A stretch of DNA of 64,000 nt from Bacteroidia bacterium (lineage in GTDB: Bacteria; Bacteroidota; Bacteroidia; AKYH767-A; OLB10). The DNA is taken from NCBI GenBank assembly GCA_039931675.1, contig JBDTRM010000169.1, forward strand, positions 993 through 64,992, read 5' to 3'. Below, in pieces: positions 36,111 through 46,802 of this stretch. Each line of letters opens with the position of its first letter. Positions within the stretch are counted from its first letter, which is position 1. The notes under the pieces were generated by a model. The model had not been told where the DNA came from and searched no databases. It saw only the letters and a list, made by a program, of their open reading frames with translations. A program made the translations under genes and the position numbers.

Positions 36111-37829
36111 ATGAAATCATTATTTATTAGTATCAGTTGCATAATGATGTTTATCTCCATCGGAGTGATAACAGCAAATGCCCAAAGTGGCTCCTCTCAA
36201 AGCAAATTAATTTACAACACCTTCTATCCCTTAACGGACACTGCAACCGGTAACACGGTAAACCATGAAATTAAGGTGCTCATCAACAACGATGGTTTGT
36301 ACTATTTTCAGCTAATGGATGTAAATGTTCCCGATTCGGCAATTAGCACACTTCAGTTGTCGCAAATGAACTACGGTAAAATTAATAACTGGTTGCAGAA
36401 TAATATTAAACCTGATGACGCCTCCGAAAAAACTAAAGTCGCTGATTTAACCGGCTTATTAATAATTAATACAGCAATAAATAAATTGAATATTGATGAA
36501 GATAGACCGCTTGCAGGCGAGTTTACTTTTAAAGATCAGTTAAAAGTAACATTCCGGGATAATGACAAAAAAGAAAGCCCGGTAAAAAAGGACAGTGTAA
36601 ATAAAGCGCCAGATGCTAAAGATTCCATAAGCAACAAGCAAACAACAACTGCTCACGACAGCCTGCTTACAGTAGAAGATATTGTTTTCGAATTTGACGA
36701 AGGCTTCATAACAACTATTAAGGTTACGGGTAAATTGCTTGGCGAAGAAATTATGTTTATTAATAAATATCCAATAGGGTTTTCAACAATCAGGGATTAT
36801 AATAATATGAGCCAAACGGACTTGTTTGCAGTTCAGGAAGAAGGTATAAAAAGTATTAAATTAGCTGACCTCATAGCACGATATAATCCCGAAATATATC
36901 ATCAGCAGCGTGAATACAATCCCGGTAATGGTGTCGTGGCCTGGACAAAAGAAGATGGCAAAAAATTAAAAGTTTACCACGATAAATCCACCGAGCTTTT
37001 CAAAGCAAAAGTATTCAGCGATTTTGTAGGTTTGGATGAGGCTAAACCTAATGGACTGGTGCAAATTGAAGTGTCAAAGAGATTTAATTTATGGACTAAA
37101 AGACATGGGGTAGGAAAAGAGGATGGATCAAATACAGGTTTCCTGGCATGTATTGAACCCTATGCAGCCATTACTAAAATTGAAGAAAACAATAAGTTCA
37201 TTCCCCTGCAGGAAAAATATTCCATCCAAAACGGGGTGCTGGTGAAAAAATCCTACATCTCCCGGCTCGACTTAATGCAATTTCAGAATTTAAGAACAGG
37301 GTTAGATCAAAATATCTTTTTATGGGATATACCTACATTAAAATCTACTTTTTTAATAAATTTTGGAATTAATCTTATTCGTACAGGAGTTATTGATAGT
37401 GCAAAAATTTTAGACCATAATAATGTTGTCAATACAAATGTGGTAGATAAATTCCAGGTTACATCAGTTTCATTTTATCCTGAATTCTGCTGGCAGATAT
37501 TCACCGATGCACGTATGAGTGCGTTTGCCTCTTACCGCCTCTCAAAATTATTCATGTACAGCGATAAGGTAATGGCCGTAAGCAATATTAAAAAGTTTGA
37601 GCAGGGCGATGAAGAAGAAAAAATTGGATGGATAAGCTCGTTTAATTTTACGCTCACCTTTAAGCCCAATGCAATGACAACAGAAAAGCAAGGCACCAAA
37701 ACAAATAATCCCGATAAAAACGAACTGTTTTTCAGGTTCGGTTATAACCAGATGAATAGCGAAATAAAACGAAACTACTTCCAGGCGCAGGTAGGTTATT
37801 CATTCTTCATTTTTAAGAAAAACAACTGA
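36111..37829 (+). CDS. Hypothetical secreted protein, possibly an outer-membrane beta-barrel
   Basis: 572 aa. Signal peptide ...ISIGVITANAQ. The C-terminal ~200 aa have an alternating pattern ending FFRFGYNQM...YFQAQVGYSFFIF. 12-nt gap from the lipoprotein gene. Confidence 0.7.
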   Translation: MKSLFISISCIMMFISIGVITANAQSGSSQSKLIYNTFYPLTDTATGNTVNHEIKVLINNDGLYYFQLMDVNVPDSAISTLQLSQMNYGKINNWLQNNIKPDDASEKTKVADLTGLLIINTAINKLNIDEDRPLAGEFTFKDQLKVTFRDNDKKESPVKKDSVNKAPDAKDSISNKQTTTAHDSLLTVEDIVFEFDEGFITTIKVTGKLLGEEIMFINKYPIGFSTIRDYNNMSQTDLFAVQEEGIKSIKLADLIARYNPEIYHQQREYNPGNGVVAWTKEDGKKLKVYHDKSTELFKAKVFSDFVGLDEAKPNGLVQIEVSKRFNLWTKRHGVGKEDGSNTGFLACIEPYAAITKIEENNKFIPLQEKYSIQNGVLVKKSYISRLDLMQFQNLRTGLDQNIFLWDIPTLKSTFLINFGINLIRTGVIDSAKILDHNNVVNTNVVDKFQVTSVSFYPEFCWQIFTDARMSAFASYRLSKLFMYSDKVMAVSNIKKFEQGDEEEKIGWISSFNFTLTFKPNAMTTEKQGTKTNNPDKNELFFRFGYNQMNSEIKRNYFQAQVGYSFFIFKKNN

Positions 37830-37859
37830 TACAGTTTACATCAAAAATTCACTCTATTG

Positions 37860-37895
37860 CCCCGGTTCCTAAATTTAGGATCCGGGGTTTTAAAT
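37860..37895 (+). terminator. Rho-independent terminator
   Basis: Near-perfect palindrome CCCCGGTTCCTAAA/TTTAGGATCCGGGG followed by TTTTAAATTTT. Confidence 0.7.
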
Positions 37896-38139
37896 TTTAT
37901 ACTCAATCCAACTAAAAAACTCAATTGATGTTCATTTTGTTTTTTTCAGATTTAAAAACTAGGTATTAGTACTGTTTACTTTAAATATCATTTCAAATTC
38001 CTTACTTGCATTTTCTTAAATACAAAATGAGTTCATTGTATTTTCTTAAAGAGATAAGTTCTCAATGAATCTTTTGTAACATTAAAAATTCTCGAATCAA
38101 AATGAAAAAGGAAACTAATTTTAAATTTCTTTGCATTAT

Positions 38140-38517
38140 ATGTTCCAAAGCAACCTCCCTTTAAATTGTCCACCAACGGATGCTCATGAAGATGAAAAAT
38201 GGCTTTATCGTATTTTGAAATCCACCTCTGTTTGTGAGGAAGAATTTGAAAATTATGTAACCATATATTCACATAAAGTTGAGTATAAAAAAATGTGCGG
38301 TGCCTACGCCATTTCACTTTATGAATTGAAAGAAAAGGCAATTGAAAATGCAAAAAAGAATCCTGTCATAGGTACGTATATCACAAAGATTTTAATAAAG
38401 CCTCAATACGGAAAACTTCACTGTGGCAATACTAAAACGGGTCATTATAACCTTTGGCTTTACACTACCTTTGACGCTTCTAAAGTTGAACACGAATTAA
38501 TTGAACCAATAGTATGA
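38140..38517 (+). CDS. Small hypothetical protein, first gene of the SNF2/methyltransferase operon
   Basis: 125 aa from ATG 38140 (the ORF track starts at TTG 38131). Its stop overlaps the SNF2 start (ATGA at 38514-38517). No family recognised. Confidence 0.6.
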   Translation: MFQSNLPLNCPPTDAHEDEKWLYRILKSTSVCEEEFENYVTIYSHKVEYKKMCGAYAISLYELKEKAIENAKKNPVIGTYITKILIKPQYGKLHCGNTKTGHYNLWLYTTFDASKVEHELIEPIV

Positions 38518-41500
38518 ATTTACTTGACGATAAATATGCAACATCTTCGCATCATCTCGATTTATTGAGATTGTATGACCTGCTGGATTTTGCAGATTTT
38601 CCTTTCTTGAAAGTAGATTTTGCCTCGAATGGAAAAAAGTTCTTGAATTATTTTGTGGCCCAGTTGGATTCTTATGAGCATCGTTTATTATCGGAGATAC
38701 ACCCTGCCAACCTTTTTCTTGTTGAAGCGGGAATTTTATCTGTGAGAGAAGCATTTAATAAAACAGAAAGTAGTATAGTTTATTCGTGCCTATACGATAA
38801 CGCAGAAAAAATTATAAAGTGTTTTGCTATTCCCATAAATGAATTCATTGCAGCAAATCCAATACCTGATGATTATATTGTTGAACTACCGAAGGAAAAT
38901 AACCATACACACCTTACTCCATATCATGCAAAGTATTATTCGTATGAGTTAACTAAACAAAGTTCTTCTGACAGTGTGGACAAACTTGCATCAGCAATTG
39001 TTGATGCACAGGTTCAATTAAATCCTCACCAGGTTGATGCTGCACTCTTTGCTTTTCAATCACCATTAAGCAAAGGTGTACTCTTAGCCGATGAGGTGGG
39101 TTTAGGTAAAACCATTGAAGCGGGATTGGTTATTTTGCAAAAATGGGCTGAGAGAAAGAGAAAAATATTAATCATTGTTCCTTCTAATTTAAGAAAGCAA
39201 TGGTACCAGGAATTACAGGAAAAATTTTTCCTTGAATCTGTAATTCTTGAAACAAAATCATTCAATTACCAGATTAAAAAACTATCGAACCTTAATCCAT
39301 TTGAACAAAAAGATAAAATAATTATTTGCTCGTATCATTTTGCCAAGTCAAGGGACACTTACATTAAATTAGTTAATTGGGATTTAGTTGTAATGGATGA
39401 AGCGCACCGCTTACGCAACGTATATCGTCCTGATAATAAAATTGGCAATGCAATTAAAAATGCGTTAAGTCATGTGGACAAGAAACTATTGCTTACTGCT
39501 ACTCCGTTGCAAAACACCCTCCTTGAATTATTTGGTTTAGTGAGCTTGATTGATGAAAATATTTTCGGGGATTTGAATAGCTTTAAGAACCAGTATAGCC
39601 ATGTTGTTGAGGGGGAGGAGAATTTTGATGATTTAAAAAACCGCTTATCTACAATCTCCAAGCGAACATTGCGTAGAGATGTACTCCAGTATATACCTTA
39701 TACCGAAAGGCACTCCATAACTGAAGACTTTTATCCTACTGAGCCAGAAGCAGATTTGTATGAAATGGTGAGCGACTATCTAAGTTCTCCTAAATTATAT
39801 GCGCTTCCTGCAAGCCAGCGTCAATTGATGACTTTGATTTTACGCAAACTTCTTGCCTCATCTACTTTTGCTATTTCAGGCACATTAAAAGCATTTGCCG
39901 ATAGGTTAGATGGATTAATCAGCCTGAATGCAAAGGCTAATGAAAATTTAGAAAAGGAAATTATAGAGAATTACGAAGGTTATGATGAAGCAAAAGAAGA
40001 GTGGGAAGAAGAGGAAGAAGAATCTAATGAAATAACAAATATAAAACCCAAACCCAAAAACAGTTTCACTCCTGAAGAATTAATTGACGTAAAAAAAGAA
40101 CTTGCTGATTTAAGAAAATTTCAGGCATTGGCTGAAGAGATACGTGAAAATTCAAAAGGCAATAAATTAATGATTGCTCTCAAAAAAGGATTTGAAAAAT
40201 TACAGGAAAAAGCAAATAAAAAAGCTATCATTTTTACAGAGTCAACCCGCACCCAACAATATCTTTTTGAAATTTTAAGCCAAACAGAATATGCGGGTAA
40301 AATTGTTTTATTTAACGGAACAAATAATGATGAGCAATCAAAAAAAATCTATCGGGACTGGTTGGATAAAAATAAAGGAACTGATAAAGTTACAGGAAGC
40401 GCAACGGCAGATAAGCGTTCTGCATTGGTAGAATACTTTAGGGATGAAGCAGAATTAATGATTGCTACCGAAGCTGCTGCCGAAGGTATCAACTTACAGT
40501 TTTGTTCTTTAGTAGTTAATTATGATTTACCTTGGAACCCGCAACGCATTGAACAACGGATAGGGCGATGTCATCGTTATGGTCAAAAATATGATGTAGT
40601 GGTGGTGAACTTTTTAAACAAAGGTAATGAAGCCGACCAGCGGGTATATGACATTTTAAAATTCAAGTTTCAATTATTTGATGGTGTTTTCGGAGCAAGC
40701 GATGAAGTGCTCGGAGCCATTGGTTCAGGGGTTGATTTTGAAAAGCGTATTGCAGAAATTTATAAGAACTACCGAAGCCCCGAAACCATTCAATTAGAAT
40801 TTGATTTTCTACAGGAACAGTACAAAACAGAAATTGATACAGAGGTTGGCAGAGCACGACAGAGCCTGTTGGAAAATTTTGATGCGGAAGTAAACGAAAA
40901 ACTAAAAATTCAAAGTGAGAACACGTTGAATAAATACGAAGAATGGTTGTGGTCGTTGAGCGCTTTCTTTTTAAAACCTTATGCTGAAATTGATAATGCC
41001 AATAAATGGTTCCTGTTAAAAGAAAATCCGTTTAAAGATTTAGACATTAATGAAGGACCTTATCGCCTTGCGAAAAATGTAGAGGATGCAAACACGTATC
41101 GCTTACAGCATCCGTTAGCGGAAAACATTATTGCAGTTTGCAAGCAAATGGAAATGGAAGAAAAAGAATTAACTTTCCATTACCAGGGCATTCCGAAAAT
41201 GACAGTGATTGAAAATCTTCGCGGACAAACAGGTTGGCTTACGGGCATCAATTACAATATAAAAACAGCCGAAGAGCAGGATTATGTTTTGCTTACTGCC
41301 CAGTGTGATGATGGCACTTTGTTAGACATTGACATTTGCCGTAAACTTTTTACACTTCCCGCTACGGAGAGTGCCGTTAACTATCCTTTTGAAGAATCTA
41401 AAAAAGAAACACTTTCGAAATTGAAAATGCAGTTAGATAGCTTGAAGGCTGAAATTACAAGTGAGATTGAATTGAAAAACGTTGGCTTCTATAAAATTGA

Positions 41501-41810
41501 ATTGGATAAATTAGAAAGATGGAGTGCAGATAAAAGGATTTCTGCCAAGCGAAACATTAAAGAAAAAGAACAGGAAAAAAAATTAGCAAAACGGGCATCG
41601 CGTGAAGCCGGAACAATGCAGGAGATTTTGAATTATGAAACAAGACTTAAGCAACTTCAAAAAGATTTGGATAAGGCAGAGGAAGAGTATAAAAGAGAGT
41701 CAGAAGAAATAGAAAATCAGTATGACGAATTATTAAAGGATATACGCAGGAAAATAGGTAAAGAATTTAAAGAAGAACAGTTATTCACCATTCGTTTCAG
41801 AATACAATAA
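38514..41810 (+). CDS. SNF2-family ATPase/helicase with unknown N-terminal domain and long C-terminal coiled coil
   Basis: 1098 aa. LADEVGLGKT (motif I), VVMDEAHRLRN (II), LLLTATPLQN (III), NYDLPWNPQRIEQRIGRCHRYGQ (VI). Confidence 0.92.
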   Translation: MNLLDDKYATSSHHLDLLRLYDLLDFADFPFLKVDFASNGKKFLNYFVAQLDSYEHRLLSEIHPANLFLVEAGILSVREAFNKTESSIVYSCLYDNAEKIIKCFAIPINEFIAANPIPDDYIVELPKENNHTHLTPYHAKYYSYELTKQSSSDSVDKLASAIVDAQVQLNPHQVDAALFAFQSPLSKGVLLADEVGLGKTIEAGLVILQKWAERKRKILIIVPSNLRKQWYQELQEKFFLESVILETKSFNYQIKKLSNLNPFEQKDKIIICSYHFAKSRDTYIKLVNWDLVVMDEAHRLRNVYRPDNKIGNAIKNALSHVDKKLLLTATPLQNTLLELFGLVSLIDENIFGDLNSFKNQYSHVVEGEENFDDLKNRLSTISKRTLRRDVLQYIPYTERHSITEDFYPTEPEADLYEMVSDYLSSPKLYALPASQRQLMTLILRKLLASSTFAISGTLKAFADRLDGLISLNAKANENLEKEIIENYEGYDEAKEEWEEEEEESNEITNIKPKPKNSFTPEELIDVKKELADLRKFQALAEEIRENSKGNKLMIALKKGFEKLQEKANKKAIIFTESTRTQQYLFEILSQTEYAGKIVLFNGTNNDEQSKKIYRDWLDKNKGTDKVTGSATADKRSALVEYFRDEAELMIATEAAAEGINLQFCSLVVNYDLPWNPQRIEQRIGRCHRYGQKYDVVVVNFLNKGNEADQRVYDILKFKFQLFDGVFGASDEVLGAIGSGVDFEKRIAEIYKNYRSPETIQLEFDFLQEQYKTEIDTEVGRARQSLLENFDAEVNEKLKIQSENTLNKYEEWLWSLSAFFLKPYAEIDNANKWFLLKENPFKDLDINEGPYRLAKNVEDANTYRLQHPLAENIIAVCKQMEMEEKELTFHYQGIPKMTVIENLRGQTGWLTGINYNIKTAEEQDYVLLTAQCDDGTLLDIDICRKLFTLPATESAVNYPFEESKKETLSKLKMQLDSLKAEITSEIELKNVGFYKIELDKLERWSADKRISAKRNIKEKEQEKKLAKRASREAGTMQEILNYETRLKQLQKDLDKAEEEYKRESEEIENQYDELLKDIRRKIGKEFKEEQLFTIRFRIQ

Positions 41811-43873
41811 TGGAAATAGGAAAAGTAGATTTAAAGAGTTTGGATTTGAAGCAGCACCAATTGGAAAAGCTGAAAGAAATTTTTCCTGAAGCCTTTATAG
41901 AAGGTAATAAGGTAGATTGGGATAAGTTGCGTCTTACTTTAGGAGAAAACATTGATACAGGTAAAGAACGTTTTGGAATGAACTGGCCCGGCAAAGCAGA
42001 TTGTTTCAAAACTATACAGCAGCCAAGTATAGGCACGCTGATACCCGACCGCGATGAAAGCATAAACTTTGATACCACGCAAAATACTTTTATTGAAGGC
42101 GACAACCTTGAAGCGCTAAAGCTTTTGCAAAAAGCTTATCTCGGAAAAATAAAAATGATTTATATAGACCCTCCGTATAATACAGGGGAAGACTTTATTT
42201 ATCCTGATAATTATAATGAGACCCTCGATACCTATTTAAAATATACAGGACAGATTGATAATGAAGGTAGAAAATATGCTACTAATCCTGAAACAGACGG
42301 ACGCTTTCATAGTAAATGGATGAATATGATATATTCACGATTATACATTGCAAAAAATTTATTGAAGGATGAAGGGGTTGTAGTAATACACATGGATGAA
42401 CATGAAATAGTCAATTTGACTATTATATTAAACGAACTTTTTGGTCCAGAAAATAATTTAGGTACTATCATTTGGGATAAAGGAAATCCAAAGGGTGATG
42501 CAAAAGGAGTTGCTATACAACATGAATATTTAACTGTATTTGCGAAAAACAAAGAGGCATTTGTAAAAGATAATTCATTAGAAAAAGAAAAAGAAAATGC
42601 TGACAGAATTTTAAGGAAAGCGAAGAAAATATTTTCAAGATTAGGGAAGGATGATTATCCTGATGCTATAAACGAAATTATTGAAGAGTTTGATATCAAG
42701 GAAGAAATATTTAGTGTTCACAAAAGAAAGATTGTTCTTGAAGACATTAATTCAGAGTTTAATGCCTGGATGAAAAAACAAGGAAATCTTTCAGGGGGAG
42801 AAAAAGCTTACATATTAATAGATAAGAACGGAGACGTATTTCAATCTGTTTCGATGGCTTGGCCCAACAAAAAGGAAGCTCCAGAAGATTATTTTACTCC
42901 TTTGATTCATCCTTTGACTAAAAAAGAATGCCCAGTTCCAGAGAGAGGTTGGCGTTATCCATCAGAGTCAATGAAAAAATACCTTGAAAAAAATGAAATT
43001 ATTTTTGGGCAAGACGAATCAACACAACCAAGAAGAAAATACCTTCTCAAGGATAATAAGTTTGAAAACCTTCCTTCAATCATTTTCTATGGAGGAAGTG
43101 ATGATAAGCTTTTTAAAGAATTGAAATTATCATTTGACAATCCAAAACCTTTAGAATTTGCTAAACTCTTATTGAAGATTTTTTTGAATAAAAAGGATGA
43201 TATCGTTATAGATTTTTTCGCTGGTTCAGGAACAACAGCCCATGCAGTATTAGAACTAAATTCAACTAATAATTTAAGCAGAAAATTTATTTGCGCACAA
43301 CTTCCTCAACCTACTGAAAAAAAATCTGCTGCAAGAAAACAAGGTTTTGAAACAATCTCACAACTTTGTGTCGAGCGAATAAAAAGGTCCATTTTAAGAA
43401 CAAAATTGAAATTTGCCGATAAGAATAACTTGTTTACTCCTGTTCAAGCAGAAGCTGATTTAGGTTTCAAAGTTTTCAAATTATCGCCCTCCAATTTTAA
43501 TGTATGGGATACCAATGTTAAACACGAGGATGAGGAGATAACGAAGCAATTGCAGTTGAATATACATAATCTTTCAGAACAAGCACTGGAAGAAGCTATT
43601 CTATTTGAACTACTTTTAAAATCAGGTTTTGAGTTAACTATACCTGTTCAGCAACTTGTGCTTGCCGATAAAAAGGTGTACAGCATAGCTAATGATGCAA
43701 TGCTTATTTGCCTTGATAAAAAATTAAATAAGGAAGTTTTAAAAGCCATTGCTGATAGACAACCCAGCCGCGTTATTTGTCTTGATGCAGGCTTTAATGG
43801 CAGCGATGAATTAAAAACAAATGCCGTGAAGCAGATGGAAAGCAAGGGAGTTGTAAAATTTATGACGGTATAA
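41810..43873 (+). CDS. Beta-class N6-adenine/N4-cytosine DNA methyltransferase (Type III Mod-like)
   Basis: 687 aa. IYIDPPYNTGEDF (motif IV) precedes IDFFAGSGTTAHAV (motif I), the permuted order of Type III Mod / N6_N4 MTases. Its start overlaps the SNF2 stop (TAATG). Confidence 0.92.
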   Translation: MEIGKVDLKSLDLKQHQLEKLKEIFPEAFIEGNKVDWDKLRLTLGENIDTGKERFGMNWPGKADCFKTIQQPSIGTLIPDRDESINFDTTQNTFIEGDNLEALKLLQKAYLGKIKMIYIDPPYNTGEDFIYPDNYNETLDTYLKYTGQIDNEGRKYATNPETDGRFHSKWMNMIYSRLYIAKNLLKDEGVVVIHMDEHEIVNLTIILNELFGPENNLGTIIWDKGNPKGDAKGVAIQHEYLTVFAKNKEAFVKDNSLEKEKENADRILRKAKKIFSRLGKDDYPDAINEIIEEFDIKEEIFSVHKRKIVLEDINSEFNAWMKKQGNLSGGEKAYILIDKNGDVFQSVSMAWPNKKEAPEDYFTPLIHPLTKKECPVPERGWRYPSESMKKYLEKNEIIFGQDESTQPRRKYLLKDNKFENLPSIIFYGGSDDKLFKELKLSFDNPKPLEFAKLLLKIFLNKKDDIVIDFFAGSGTTAHAVLELNSTNNLSRKFICAQLPQPTEKKSAARKQGFETISQLCVERIKRSILRTKLKFADKNNLFTPVQAEADLGFKVFKLSPSNFNVWDTNVKHEDEEITKQLQLNIHNLSEQALEEAILFELLLKSGFELTIPVQQLVLADKKVYSIANDAMLICLDKKLNKEVLKAIADRQPSRVICLDAGFNGSDELKTNAVKQMESKGVVKFMTV

Positions 43874-43874
43874 T

Positions 43875-46796
43875 ATGAAGCTTAAATTCGAGAGCAACCA
43901 AACTTTTCAGCGTGAAGCTATTGATGCAATCACTGATTTATTTGAAGGGCAACCTTTGCAAAAGGGAGACTTTTCAGTAAGCATTGAAGCAGCAGGTTCA
44001 GGGATTTTCAGTGGCCAGGTGCAAACAGAATTTGGTATTGGCAACAACATTTTATTAAACGAAGAAGCCCTGTTTAAAAACCTGCACATTGTACAGGATA
44101 AAAATGATTTAGACCGCACATCAGCAGGTGAATTTAACAGCAACGGTTTAAACTTTTCAGTTGAAATGGAAACAGGTACAGGTAAAACTTACGTTTACCT
44201 GCGCACCATTTTTGAACTAAGCCGCAAATACGGATTTAAAAAATATATCATTGTTGTACCCGGTGTTGCAATAAGAGAAGGCACATTAAAAACAATTGAA
44301 ATCACGAAAGAGCATTTTCGCTCGCTCTATAATAATATCGAATTAGAATCATTCGTGTATGATTCTAAAAAGCCTGTCCGCCTCAAGCAGTTTGCAACAA
44401 GCAACCATGTGCAGATTATGGTTATCAATATTGATGCATTCAATAAAGAAACCAATGTGTTCAACCAAGAGCGTAACCAGATGAATGGTTACAGCCCTAA
44501 AGATTTTATAAATTCAGTAAATCCCATTGTAATTATTGATGAGCCGCAAAGTGTTGATAAAACCGAAAAGGCAAAAGAAGCCATCAAGTCACTAAACCCG
44601 CTTTGCATTTTCCGCTATTCTGCAACTCATGCCAATCCTTATAACCTTGTTTACCGTTTAGACCCTGTGCGAGCTTATCAGATGCGATTGGTAAAACAAA
44701 TTGTAGTTGCCGAAGCAAAAGGCAGCGAGGCAGCCAATGATGCGTATATAAAACTTTTGAAAACCGATAATAAAAAAGGAATTGTTGCCGAATTACTGAT
44801 TCATAAAAATACCAATGATGGACCAAAAGAGAAAAAGGTTAAAGTTAAGCAGGGCGACAGCCTGTTCAGAAAAAGTGATGAAAGACATTTATATAAAGAC
44901 GGGTATGAAGTAGTTGACATTAACAGTGAGCCAGGAAATGAATTTATAGACTTCAGCAACGGAAAGCGATTGATGCTTGGGCAGGAATCAGGTGGTATAG
45001 GTGAAGAGTTAATCGAATTGCAAATAAGGCAAACTATTCAAAGACATCTCGACAAGGAACTTTTAATGAAAGATAAAGGCATTAAAGTGCTTTCTTTATT
45101 TTTTATTGATACAGTTCCCAACTATCGTATATATGGAAGTGATGGAGTAGTTGAAAAAGGAAAATATGCAATTTGGTTTGAGAAACACTACAATGAATTA
45201 ATTGTATTAGAAAAATATAAACCGTTAAATAAATTTACGGCAGAGCAAATTCATAACGGTTATTTTTCGCAGGATAAAAGAACTATAACACCTTTTGAAG
45301 TTGTAACCAATAAAACAAATACACAAGCAGAAGATTCAACTTTCAATCTTATTATGCGTGATAAGGAACGTTTGTTGGATATGAATGAGCCATTGCGCTT
45401 TATTTTTTCACACTCTGCACTTAAAGAAGGATGGGATAATCCGAATGTGTTCCAGATATGTTCGCTCCGCGAAATGGGAAGCAGCCGTGAAAGAAGACAA
45501 ACTTTGGGAAGGGGTTTAAGATTACCTGTTAACCAGGATGGAGACCGGATTTTTGACGAGAATATAAATAAGCTCACCGTAATTTCTTCTGAGGGGTATG
45601 CTGATTTTGCCGTGGGTTTGCAAAAAGAATATGAAGATGACTGCGGTGTTACGTTTGGCAAGGTAAATAAAAATGCCTTTGCAAAGCTGTCCATGCTTAT
45701 TGACGATGAAGAAAAACACGTAGGCAGAGAAACCTCAGAAAAAATATGGGATGCGTTAAAGCAAAACGGATTTATTGATGATAAAGGAAAAATCACTTCA
45801 ACTTTTGACCCGAAAAAAGAAGTTTTCACACTGAATCTTCCTCCTGAATTCAGCAACATAGAAAATGAAATAATTGAAACGTTAGAAAGCTACCGCTTAG
45901 AAAGACATATTAAGCAAGCCGAAGAGCCACGCAAATTACGTTTGAAAAGTAATAAAGAATTACGTGAGCAGGACTTAGATAAAGAATTTGAAGAATTATG
46001 GAACCGCATAAAACATAAAACCACTTACGAGGTTGTTTATTCAAGCGATGAGCTGATTGCAAATTGCATAAAATCCATTGGCAAAATGGAAAAGATTGAG
46101 CCGGTAAGTATAAGTTACCGCGAAGCATTGCTTGATGTTGAGATGAAAGGTGTAACAGCGCAGGAAACAAGAGCCAACTATTACACCTTAAAATACAAAG
46201 GTGCATTGCCTGATATTATTACCTATTTGCAAAACGAAACTGAATTAACCCGCGCAACCCTTGTTAAAATATTGACTGAAAGTAATAGCATAAATTATTT
46301 TCTAATCAATCCTCAACGCTACATGGATGCTATCGCAGCAATAATCAGGAAAGAATTATACCGCCTGATGGTTGACGGAATCAAGTATGAAAAAATCGGG
46401 GGTGATGAATGGCACATGCGTTTATTTGAAGATAAGGAAGTGATGAGTTATTTATCAAACCGCTGCGAAGTAAAAAAGTCGGTGTATGATGCCATTGTTT
46501 ATGAAAGTGAGATAGAGCGAAGATTTGCCGAAGACCTTGATAAACGAGACGACATAAAACTATTTGTAAAACTTCCCTCATGGTTTGAGGTGGATACCCC
46601 TATTGGCAAATACAATCCAGATTGGGCAATTGTAAAAGAAAATGATTCTGCCATTTATCTTGTTTGCGAAACAAAGGGAACAAGGGACTTTTTGAAATTA
46701 AGGACGAGTGAAGCTGATAAGATAAAATGTGGGAAGAAGCATTTTGAGATACTCAATACAACCTTTAAAGTAGCTGTTAGTGCAAAAGAAATTTGA
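43875..46796 (+). CDS. Type III restriction Res-like DEAD/DEAH helicase with C-terminal PD-(D/E)xK nuclease
   Basis: 973 aa. FSVEMETGTGKTY (Walker A), VIIDEPQS (motif II), ALKEGWDNPNVF. C-terminal E...YNPDWAIV...LVCETKG nuclease motif. 1-nt gap from the MTase gene. Confidence 0.92.
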   Translation: MKLKFESNQTFQREAIDAITDLFEGQPLQKGDFSVSIEAAGSGIFSGQVQTEFGIGNNILLNEEALFKNLHIVQDKNDLDRTSAGEFNSNGLNFSVEMETGTGKTYVYLRTIFELSRKYGFKKYIIVVPGVAIREGTLKTIEITKEHFRSLYNNIELESFVYDSKKPVRLKQFATSNHVQIMVINIDAFNKETNVFNQERNQMNGYSPKDFINSVNPIVIIDEPQSVDKTEKAKEAIKSLNPLCIFRYSATHANPYNLVYRLDPVRAYQMRLVKQIVVAEAKGSEAANDAYIKLLKTDNKKGIVAELLIHKNTNDGPKEKKVKVKQGDSLFRKSDERHLYKDGYEVVDINSEPGNEFIDFSNGKRLMLGQESGGIGEELIELQIRQTIQRHLDKELLMKDKGIKVLSLFFIDTVPNYRIYGSDGVVEKGKYAIWFEKHYNELIVLEKYKPLNKFTAEQIHNGYFSQDKRTITPFEVVTNKTNTQAEDSTFNLIMRDKERLLDMNEPLRFIFSHSALKEGWDNPNVFQICSLREMGSSRERRQTLGRGLRLPVNQDGDRIFDENINKLTVISSEGYADFAVGLQKEYEDDCGVTFGKVNKNAFAKLSMLIDDEEKHVGRETSEKIWDALKQNGFIDDKGKITSTFDPKKEVFTLNLPPEFSNIENEIIETLESYRLERHIKQAEEPRKLRLKSNKELREQDLDKEFEELWNRIKHKTTYEVVYSSDELIANCIKSIGKMEKIEPVSISYREALLDVEMKGVTAQETRANYYTLKYKGALPDIITYLQNETELTRATLVKILTESNSINYFLINPQRYMDAIAAIIRKELYRLMVDGIKYEKIGGDEWHMRLFEDKEVMSYLSNRCEVKKSVYDAIVYESEIERRFAEDLDKRDDIKLFVKLPSWFEVDTPIGKYNPDWAIVKENDSAIYLVCETKGTRDFLKLRTSEADKIKCGKKHFEILNTTFKVAVSAKEI

Positions 46797-46802
46797 TAGC
46801 AA

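Noticed and set aside
45260-45859. 199-aa minus-strand ORF inside the Res gene. Similar antisense ORFs occur at 47883..48287, 60603..60971, 62820..63122, 63551..63877, 55692..56042 and 13270..13590.
   Set aside because: All are antisense or in alternative frames within well-supported CDSs with recognisable motifs.
38514-46796. Calling the SNF2-MTase-helicase block a DISARM system
   Set aside because: Only the SNF2-then-methylase order matches. I see no DUF1998 protein, DrmA-type helicase or PLD nuclease. The third gene has the Type III Res layout with a PD-(D/E)xK C-terminus.
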